A program made the translations under genes and the position numbers. 32,000 nt of DNA, taken from Cuniculiplasma divulgatum. Its GTDB lineage: Archaea > Thermoplasmatota > Thermoplasmata > Thermoplasmatales > Thermoplasmataceae. The stretch covers positions 1,140,001 through 1,172,000 of the forward strand of contig NZ_LT671858.1 in assembly GCF_900083515.1 (NCBI RefSeq), written 5' to 3'. Positions 16,368 to 23,156 of the stretch are shown here, piece by piece; the first letter of the stretch is position 1; each line of letters begins with the position of its first letter. Under the pieces are notes generated by a model. That model saw nothing but the letters and a program-made list of their open reading frames with translations. It ran no database searches and was not told the DNA's origin.

Positions 16368-16906
16368 GACACTTCCTCTCCATTGAGTACTTTCATAACC
16401 CGGTATGGAAGTAGGCTTCTATTTATTGGTGTTATATCAAATACCCTCACACCTTCAAGAGCACGAATTTCCTGAAGCACCGGGTTTCTTGATTTCTTGT
16501 GAACTGTTACTATCATTGGTTTTGTGTAATTCAGGGTATCGTTAATTTCTTTCTGAACATTCTTGGTTGTTAACTCAAGTTTTCCGATTTCATCAATCAC
16601 TATTACATCTGCAGTCTCTCTTGCTCTCTGAAGACTTGGGATGAGGATTTCTTCAAGAAGCTTAGTATCGACCCCAATCTTATCTATCTTCACTCTTGAT
16701 ACTAATCCAATTTCAGCAAATACTACTTTCTTCTTAGAGTATATATCAAAAATAGTGTATCCTGTGAGTCTATTCTGTTCGAAGACTTCCCCAACCAGAA
16801 CTCCCTGTACTTCTTTCCCCTGATTTCTAATCATTTCCATTATTTTCGCAAGCGCATCTGCCTTTATGGACCCAACTGGCCCGGTTATACCTATCTTAAC
16901 CGCCAT
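16364..16906 (-). CDS. THEP1/NTPase_1-like protein (MJ1559 family) with an atypical P-loop
   Basis: 180-aa ORF with the family architecture: N-terminal loop KIGITGPVGSIKADAL, GYTIFDI, a Walker B-like VIVIDEIGKLEL, and a C-terminal NRSLL. Confidence 0.65.
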   Translation of the reverse strand: MAVKIGITGPVGSIKADALAKIMEMIRNQGKEVQGVLVGEVFEQNRLTGYTIFDIYSKKKVVFAEIGLVSRVKIDKIGVDTKLLEEILIPSLQRARETADVIVIDEIGKLELTTKNVQKEINDTLNYTKPMIVTVHKKSRNPVLQEIRALEGVRVFDITPINRSLLPYRVMKVLNGEEVS

Positions 16907-16908
16907 TT

Positions 16909-17271
16909 TTATTCCTCCAGTGACATTAGTGGATAATCAAGTTCCTTTATGTATCTCATTCTAGCCCTTACTTCTTCCTGATTATATTTTATTGTGAGGT
17001 AAACATCAAGCATTTCTCCCTTAAGAGTGACATATTTATAATGACCTGTTGATCTTTTAACCATAGCTCTATTTATTTTAACTTCCGCCTTTTCTACAAA
17101 GGGCTGTACCATTACACTTTGTTTAATTGCAGTTTCTATTGCCTCTATGTTGGACAAATTCATTGGAACCCCAACATACTGATGATAAATGGAACCAAGC
17201 TTAATTCCAGCCTCAAATATTGCTCTTTCGCGATCAGTACAGTGAAAATAGGAGGCTGCTTCATCTACCAT
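16909..17271 (-). CDS. mptD: Archaeal dihydroneopterin aldolase MptD-like protein (former DUF381/COG2098)
   Basis: 120-aa ORF with CTDRERAIFEAGIKLGSIYHQYVGVP, which is the signature I associate with the MptD family. Confidence 0.55.
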   Translation of the reverse strand: MVDEAASYFHCTDRERAIFEAGIKLGSIYHQYVGVPMNLSNIEAIETAIKQSVMVQPFVEKAEVKINRAMVKRSTGHYKYVTLKGEMLDVYLTIKYNQEEVRARMRYIKELDYPLMSLEE

Positions 17272-17424
17272 TTATCGGATATTTAAAAACTTGTAATAAA
17301 AGTTTTGAATTTTCTTGACAGTTTAATAATATGTATACTGTATGAATCTTTTTCATCTAAATTGATTGGGAATGCTTTTCGTAGAAAAATTTTATAACAC
17401 AATTTGGAATATACTTCAGTAAAA

Positions 17425-17658
17425 ATGGAGAAGAAGAACTATTTAGAGGGAAAGAAAGGCGTATCTTCCTATATTAATTACAGTAATGCCTTACTTGCCA
17501 TAAGTTTCATATTTTTGATAATCGGTGTACTATTCTATCTCTCGTGGTCAATTCTATATAATACATGGTCAGACCCGGGACTCTATTCTTTTTGTCTGCC
17601 TATGGCAATATTCGGTATACTTGGAATAGCTTTCGTAAAATCTGGATCTTTTAACTAA
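17425..17658 (+). CDS. Small two-TM membrane protein, hypothetical
   Basis: The ORF track gives 17404..17658 with a TTG start. ATG 17425 lies about 30 nt downstream of an AT-rich TATA-like element (aaaattttataa). There are two clear hydrophobic helices. The 3' end overlaps the convergent ATPase gene by 8 nt. Confidence 0.45.
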   Translation: MEKKNYLEGKKGVSSYINYSNALLAISFIFLIIGVLFYLSWSILYNTWSDPGLYSFCLPMAIFGILGIAFVKSGSFN

Positions 17659-19546
17659 AATTTTCAATCTCCCAGTCTGAGGCTATAATTTTTATCTTAG
17701 TCATTTCATCCTGAGAGAATAGAATTGTTTCTGAGAATGGACTATTTTTTCCACCTGAAAGGGACATATGTAGATTTTTTAAACCATAATCTGATAGATT
17801 AATACCAAATTTCTGAAGATTTGAAATTAGTTTATTCCTAAATATGAATATATTGAGTGAATTATTTAGAATCTTTTTTCCATTTTCTGTGGTGAAATCT
17901 GACGAATCCTGAGATACAATGAGAACAGAGGTAAGAAAGTGCCTTGAAACTTTTATCATCTCTACTATTTGTCTTTCACATTCCCTGTTTCTGAAAAATC
18001 TGTGACCCTCTTCAATAAGAATAATTGTTGGAACATTTCCAGAACGCTTCATGAATAATTCTGCATACAAGAGATGGTCAAGCAGATCATCATCACTGCA
18101 TTTTCTTATTTCCATTTCGATATTTTCGCTTCTAGCTGATTCACCAGTGATATTCTCTCTCCAGAGTCTTTCATCGTATTCACCCAGAACATCAAGAACC
18201 AGAATTCTGGAAACATAACCAAGCACAATCATTCTTGTAAGTAGAATCTTCGAAAAGAAACTTTTTCCAGATCCTGTTTCGCCCATAACCAGAATATTGT
18301 GACTGCTCATAGGATATGGATCAAAAAATACAGGATTACCTGTAAGGTCTTCATTTCCAATAATTATCCCACTTCCTCTCGATTCAAACAGAATTGGAAA
18401 AAAAGAAACCAATTTAGATCTGGGTTGAGGGTATTCTATAAGTATTCGGTTCAGGTTGAACCAGTTAAAAGCAATGTTTCTTTGTTTTGGTATTACCAGC
18501 TCTATTCCCCATAATCTGGCATGATTTTGAAGTTGGTCTATAATTCTGGCAAGTTGGTAGAATTTATCAGATGAAACAGTTAATAGTAATTCCACATTGT
18601 AACAGTATTTATCGACATCCTTTCTGAACTCGGTTGCTGCGTCCACCTTATTTTTCAGAGTGTTTCCTATATGCCTTCCCTTTTCTGACAGTAATCTTTT
18701 GCGGGTTAGTATTGATGTAACTCTTCTTTTGAAGTGTGGATTTTCCTTTGAAATTTTTCGAAATCTAACAAAGGTATCAACTGCCAGATTTGAAGCACTA
18801 ATAAATCGCGATATTTGAAATAATGAACCATTGCTTATTTGCGTTACCAAAAGTGTTATGGATTTCTGATTTCCCATAGAATGCATTCTATATCCATTTC
18901 TGTATCCCTTGATCTGAGACAACCTTTGCAATATCCTCTTTCTTTCTTCCCCATCAACAATGGTTGCCATTATTCCATGTTGTTCAAGATTTTCTATTAG
19001 GTTTAAGTGTGAATCATTTTCCTGAGAAACCAGTTCCATAGCTATATAAGACGTATTTAAAAAAGACTTCGCTCCAGCACCAATAACATTGTCAAGAGAT
19101 TTTGTAATAGGTCCTCGATTATCCAGATTTCCATGATTCTCTTCAGATATGGATAACATTATGAATTTCTGATCAAGATACTCACTGATGCCGTTTATTA
19201 GGGATATTTGACTTTTAACCTTTTCCGAATTTCCATTCCATGAAAAATTTGCATCAAGTTTCAATATTAGGAATCTTTCCGTTGAAAACGGCTTCGTCGA
19301 ACTGGAGTATCTAATTTTTATGAGGTAGTATGAAATTGAGAAGATTGCAGCTACTGAAATCAATACAATCATTATGAGTGGGTTTTGGTAACCATGAATA
19401 ATGTATAGCAGGGCTAAAATAGAAAGAATTAAGACTACCACAGAGATTAATTTTTGATTATCAGCACTCCTGTAATCAAAGATATTAGATAATGGTTTAA
19501 TGGGGTTTGCGATTTCACTATCCATCATAACCCTCATCTTTATCAT
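17651..19546 (-). CDS. Membrane-anchored FtsK/HerA/VirB4-class P-loop ATPase (VirB3-VirB4-like / CedB-like)
   Basis: 631-aa ORF. It has two N-terminal TM helices (aa ~33-76), Walker A GETGSGKS (aa 422-429, nt 18283..18260), Walker B PTIILIEEGH (aa ~505-514), and a downstream SRHFLTSVLIVSQDSSDF motif (the R/K...[ST]Q..D pattern of VirB4/HerA). Confidence 0.75.
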   Translation of the reverse strand: MIKMRVMMDSEIANPIKPLSNIFDYRSADNQKLISVVVLILSILALLYIIHGYQNPLIMIVLISVAAIFSISYYLIKIRYSSSTKPFSTERFLILKLDANFSWNGNSEKVKSQISLINGISEYLDQKFIMLSISEENHGNLDNRGPITKSLDNVIGAGAKSFLNTSYIAMELVSQENDSHLNLIENLEQHGIMATIVDGEERKRILQRLSQIKGYRNGYRMHSMGNQKSITLLVTQISNGSLFQISRFISASNLAVDTFVRFRKISKENPHFKRRVTSILTRKRLLSEKGRHIGNTLKNKVDAATEFRKDVDKYCYNVELLLTVSSDKFYQLARIIDQLQNHARLWGIELVIPKQRNIAFNWFNLNRILIEYPQPRSKLVSFFPILFESRGSGIIIGNEDLTGNPVFFDPYPMSSHNILVMGETGSGKSFFSKILLTRMIVLGYVSRILVLDVLGEYDERLWRENITGESARSENIEMEIRKCSDDDLLDHLLYAELFMKRSGNVPTIILIEEGHRFFRNRECERQIVEMIKVSRHFLTSVLIVSQDSSDFTTENGKKILNNSLNIFIFRNKLISNLQKFGINLSDYGLKNLHMSLSGGKNSPFSETILFSQDEMTKIKIIASDWEIENFS

Positions 19547-20483
19547 TGATTCTGAAAAACTGGGGCTGATTTAATTCAGGATTTTGGGATTTCAAATTTC
19601 TTACCCTCTCTTCGTGCTTTTGCTTTTCCAATCTTATCCCTTTATCAAACGCAGTACTCAATAAACCATATCCAGATAGTAGAAAGAAGTTTGAGAATAA
19701 TCCTGAATTGGATTGGTTTAACCTGTAAGATGTATATATAAAAGAATATGGCAAAATGGAAAGGAGAGAAAGGAAACCCAGCTGGATGAAGAAATATCCT
19801 GAAAAATTGAAGTAGAAGTATATTAACAGTAAAATTATAAGTGGTGATACAAGCAACTGCACATACAGGAGCCATAGTTTGACCACGAACTTTCTAAATG
19901 CATCTATTCCGGTTAATAGGGAAAGAAATGGGAGAAATATGTACAGAGTTATAAGAATGGCAACCCTGAGCATGAGAAAGCTCAGCATTGACATTGCGGC
20001 AGTAAGATAAATACCATCGAATACTATCTCAAGGATAGAGCTTTTGGATGAAAAGAAAGAAGATACATTTCCAAGCATGTATGAAATGGAAAAGTAATAA
20101 GACCATTTTGTTGATTGAGATAAAATGAGTTTTGACACGTCCATGGTTCCAATTGAAAAGCTATTAATGAGTATCATTGAAATAACAAAGAAAATGGCAC
20201 TTTCCGAGAATTTAAGTAGAATTTCTTGAGATTTCCCATTTTTAGAAGATATCAGATAAAATGAAGAATAGATGGCAGAAAATAACAGTAAATAAGGAAT
20301 CATAACAAATAGGTCAGAACGAAAAGTCTGTATGTTAAGATTGAACGCCTTCCAGAATTCAAAATCATAAGTGCTCTCTAATCCGTCATGAATTGCAATC
20401 TTCCATAGTGATGAAGAAATTAGTAATTCTAAGGATAAAATAAGTGTCCCTAAGGGAGACAGGATGGAAGAGATGCTTAGCAA
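19518..20483 (-). CDS. Polytopic membrane protein (about 7-9 TM) with a hydrophilic charged C-tail; VirB6/CedA-like by architecture
   Basis: 321-aa ORF. The TTG start is 2 nt after the upstream stop, and the 3' end overlaps the ATPase start. It is hydrophobic throughout, ending in ...LEKQKHEERVRNLKSQNPELNQPQFFRINDKDEGYDG. I see no recognisable enzymatic motif. Confidence 0.6.
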   Translation of the reverse strand: MLSISSILSPLGTLILSLELLISSSLWKIAIHDGLESTYDFEFWKAFNLNIQTFRSDLFVMIPYLLLFSAIYSSFYLISSKNGKSQEILLKFSESAIFFVISMILINSFSIGTMDVSKLILSQSTKWSYYFSISYMLGNVSSFFSSKSSILEIVFDGIYLTAAMSMLSFLMLRVAILITLYIFLPFLSLLTGIDAFRKFVVKLWLLYVQLLVSPLIILLLIYFYFNFSGYFFIQLGFLSLLSILPYSFIYTSYRLNQSNSGLFSNFFLLSGYGLLSTAFDKGIRLEKQKHEERVRNLKSQNPELNQPQFFRINDKDEGYDG

Positions 20484-20485
20484 TT

Positions 20486-20764
20486 TTACCCAACTGCTAT
20501 ATACTTGAAAATTGCAAATAGGGTTCCACTTATCGCCAGAACATATATGAGGGTGCCAATTGCAGCATTTTTTGCTCTACCATATGACTGATACTTTCTT
20601 TGTTCATCTGCACTGAAGAAGGAAAACGCGATAGGAATCCAGAGTATAGCTATTATAAAAGCAGATATTCCAACAATAATGTCAGTTGAACGGGATATTA
20701 ATCCTGTAAGGCTCGATGAAGATGTATAGTTTCTCATAGTTTCTAAAAAGTTGCTTAAATACAC
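20486..20764 (-). CDS. Small helical-hairpin membrane protein (VirB2/CedA1-like candidate pilin)
   Basis: 92-aa ORF with a GTG start (alternative ATG at 20737). It has a hydrophilic Ser-rich leader, TM1 IIVGISAFIIAILWIPIAFSFF, a basic loop SADEQRKYQSYGRAKN, and TM2 AAIGTLIYVLAISGTLFAIFKYIAVG. Confidence 0.5.
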   Translation of the reverse strand: MYLSNFLETMRNYTSSSSLTGLISRSTDIIVGISAFIIAILWIPIAFSFFSADEQRKYQSYGRAKNAAIGTLIYVLAISGTLFAIFKYIAVG

Positions 20765-20810
20765 AACTGGATAAAAAAGTAATATTAAAAATTGTTTTCA
20801 TGAATGCTTA

Positions 20811-21320
20811 TTAATGCATATCATCGAAAATCTGAGCTTCTTTTTTCACAGATTTTAACAGTTCAAGCCTCCTTAAGCTCCTTTCTTCACCGGACTTGAA
20901 TCTATCCTTTGAATCGTCGTCATCAAGTATCAATCCTGGAACTGGAGATGGTCTCCCATCTACATCAACAGCCACATAAGTGAGGTAAGCTTTTGTGGTA
21001 AACCTTTCCTTCCCTGAAAGTGCATCCTGTGCAGAAACATCTACTTCTATTTCCATTGTCGTCTTGGTTGTGTAATTAACCCTTCCCTTCATATTGACAA
21101 TGAACCCAAGGTGTATGGGCGCAAGAAAGAATAAACTATCAATACTTCCAGTGACTGTTCCCTGTCTGCAATGCTTAAATGCAACTATTGATGCCACGTT
21201 ATCTATCCATTCCATTAATCTACCACCATAAAGAGCATTGAATACATTGGTATCTGCTGGAAGAACCAGTCTCTCTATCTGTGTATAACTTTCTTTCCAA
21301 GATTTTGATTTTATTTCCAT
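20811..21320 (-). CDS. Acyl-CoA thioesterase (hotdog fold, COG1607-like)
   Basis: 169-aa ORF with LVLPADTNVFNALYGGRLMEWIDNVASIVAFKH, typical of YciA/BFIT-type acyl-CoA hydrolases. Confidence 0.8.
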   Translation of the reverse strand: MEIKSKSWKESYTQIERLVLPADTNVFNALYGGRLMEWIDNVASIVAFKHCRQGTVTGSIDSLFFLAPIHLGFIVNMKGRVNYTTKTTMEIEVDVSAQDALSGKERFTTKAYLTYVAVDVDGRPSPVPGLILDDDDSKDRFKSGEERSLRRLELLKSVKKEAQIFDDMH

Positions 21321-21365
21321 GTGTACGTATCGATTGATTTAATTTAAAGAAATCATATTGGATCT

Positions 21366-22034
21366 ATGGATGAAAGTAGATTAAAGGAAAAAGCCGCTGT
21401 AAAAGCAATCCCATATGTTCCAAAAGAAGGTTTTGTTGGTATCGGTACCGGATCAACAGTAAAATTCCTTATCAAACTTTTAGTTGAGGAATCCAGGAAA
21501 TATTCTGATGTTACATTTGTTCCAACCTCCCTGGAAACTATGTATTTGTTGAATTCTGGTGGATTAAGGACATCTACTGAATTTCACGGGAGTATTGCAA
21601 TAGACATAGACGGAGCTGATGAGATTGATCCAAATGGAAATTTAATTAAGGGAGGGGGTGCAGCTCTAACCAGAGAAAAGATTGTAGCGGCAAACAGTCA
21701 AAAGTTAATTATAATAGCCGATCAGAGCAAACTAGTAAATAAGCTTGGAAAATTCAAGGTTCCTGTTGAGATACTACCATTTTTGGCAGAACAGACAATT
21801 CAAAATATTGAAAATAAGGGTTGCAAAGTAACCCTGAGACCAGAAAATAAAAACAGAAGCGACAACGGTAATATTGTTATTGATTCGGATTTTGGATTGA
21901 TCGATAATGTTCAGGATATTCAAACAAAGTTGAAAATGATACCTGGGGTTGTGGAAGTGGGCATATTTCATGGGATGACATGGAAAACCATAGTTGGTAA
22001 GAATAGTGGTGTAGAGGAAATTAATTATAAATGA
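21366..22034 (+). CDS. rpiA: Ribose-5-phosphate isomerase A
   Basis: 222-aa ORF with the RpiA motifs VGIGTGSTV, DGADEID and LIKGGGAALTREKIV. Confidence 0.9.
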   Translation: MDESRLKEKAAVKAIPYVPKEGFVGIGTGSTVKFLIKLLVEESRKYSDVTFVPTSLETMYLLNSGGLRTSTEFHGSIAIDIDGADEIDPNGNLIKGGGAALTREKIVAANSQKLIIIADQSKLVNKLGKFKVPVEILPFLAEQTIQNIENKGCKVTLRPENKNRSDNGNIVIDSDFGLIDNVQDIQTKLKMIPGVVEVGIFHGMTWKTIVGKNSGVEEINYK

Positions 22035-22121
22035 GTCAAAATATATAATAAAATCTTAGAATACTGGAAAATTTAAAATGTAGTTAGAAATAAGGTATTG
22101 AATTTTCGGAGTGTCCTTTTG

Positions 22122-22436
22122 ATGCAAAACAGTGGTCTTGATGTTGATCTAGATCGAGTATTCGATCGAAAAATAGTAACGGCTTTGGTGGGTATGAGGG
22201 TAGAAATTAATAGAGTGGAAAATATTGCTGCCGAAATAGTGTCAGAACCACACGTTGAGGATGTATTTGTTGTAACCGGCGATTTTGACATTATAGTAAA
22301 GGTGAGATTTCCAGATTATAACGAGTTTCAAAAATACATTCTGAACAGGCTCAGTAAAATATCTGGAGTTAGAGATTCAAAGACCATGATGGTTGTAAGC
22401 ATCAAGAAGGAAAATAAGAGAGTGTTTGTGGAGTGA
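22122..22436 (+). CDS. Stand-alone RAM (Lrp/AsnC ligand-binding) domain protein without an HTH
   Basis: The ORF-track frame spans 22098..22436. ATG 22122 gives 104 aa. The stretch VTALVGMRVE...VEDVFVVTGDFDIIVKVRFPDYNEFQKYILNRLSKISGVRDSKTMMV matches the AsnC_trans_reg fold pattern. There is no N-terminal DNA-binding domain. Confidence 0.65.
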   Translation: MQNSGLDVDLDRVFDRKIVTALVGMRVEINRVENIAAEIVSEPHVEDVFVVTGDFDIIVKVRFPDYNEFQKYILNRLSKISGVRDSKTMMVVSIKKENKRVFVE

Positions 22437-22699
22437 TTTATATGGATTCGAATTTGTTTAACGAAGTAATGTATTTGCTTGAAGAAATGTCGCTAGATAC
22501 GTCAGTGCCAAAAAATGTAAGGAAGAATGCTTCTGATGCCAAAACAAAGCTTGAGAATCAGAAAACAAGCTTAGATATAAGGTGTGCAACCGCAATTTCC
22601 ATGCTGGATGAAATTTCGAACGATCCAAATGTTCCTTCACATGGAAGGGCATCCCTGTACACTATCATAAGTAAACTAGAGGCACTTGCAAAGAGTTAG
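22433..22699 (+). CDS. UPF0147 family protein (conserved archaeal protein of unknown function)
   Basis: 88-aa ORF with the motif string DTSVPKNVRKNA...IRCATAISMLDEISNDPNVPSHGR...ISKLE, which corresponds to the UPF0147 signature (D.sVPRNIRr...aI.iLdeiSnDPNmP.h.R). GTG 22433 overlaps the upstream TGA (GTGA). ATG 22442 is an alternative start. Confidence 0.75.
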   Translation: MIYMDSNLFNEVMYLLEEMSLDTSVPKNVRKNASDAKTKLENQKTSLDIRCATAISMLDEISNDPNVPSHGRASLYTIISKLEALAKS

Positions 22700-22773
22700 A
22701 GGAAAGAATAAATAATATTCAACATATTTTGAGAAGAATATATATATTATAATTATATTATTATGTGATAACA

Positions 22774-23133
22774 ATGACGTTAACAGAAGAAGCAAATAAA
22801 TTAGCCAAAATTCTGATTGTTTCTAACATTCCCAGAAGCGTTGCATACACACTCGTTTACACAAGAGGGAAGGAAGAAGTAACCAGTATTGAGATTGAAC
22901 GCGAGGCTGGTCTCAGGCAGCCTGAAGTGTCTATTGCCATGCAATGGCTTAGAAGAAGAGGATGGATAAATAAACGTAACATGAAGAAAGAAGGCAAAGG
23001 AAGACCAGTTCATGGGTACAGATTATCAAAGGATTTTGATGAAATACTTGAAGAGATTATTCAGGATCTCACCACTCAGATCGATGATATAAAGAAAAAT
23101 ATTCAGGATCTTGCAAAATTTAAAACTGCTTAA
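22774..23133 (+). CDS. Winged-helix transcriptional regulator (ArsR/TrmB-like) with a C-terminal coiled-coil tail
   Basis: The ORF-track frame spans 22765..23133 with a GTG start. ATG 22774 directly follows an AT-rich TATA region. The sequence TSIEIEREAGLRQPEVSIAMQWLRRRGWI...GRPVHGYRL shows an HTH plus a wing. Confidence 0.65.
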   Translation: MTLTEEANKLAKILIVSNIPRSVAYTLVYTRGKEEVTSIEIEREAGLRQPEVSIAMQWLRRRGWINKRNMKKEGKGRPVHGYRLSKDFDEILEEIIQDLTTQIDDIKKNIQDLAKFKTA

Positions 23134-23156
23134 AATTACATTTAAAAATTTACTTC

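Noticed and set aside
15334-16823. ORFs 15334-15729 and 16641-16823 on the plus strand.
   Set aside because: They are antisense to trm1 and the THEP1-like gene. They are Ser/Leu-rich with no motifs.
18299-19875. ORFs 18299-18514 (+) and 19645-19875 (-), lying inside the ATPase and polytopic membrane genes.
   Set aside because: They are nested in, or out of frame with, the much longer cluster genes and have no independent signals.
21774-23013. ORFs 21774-21971, 22073-22291, 22458-22652 and 22801-23013 on the minus strand.
   Set aside because: They are antisense to rpiA, the RAM-domain gene, UPF0147 and the wHTH gene, all of which carry recognisable family motifs.
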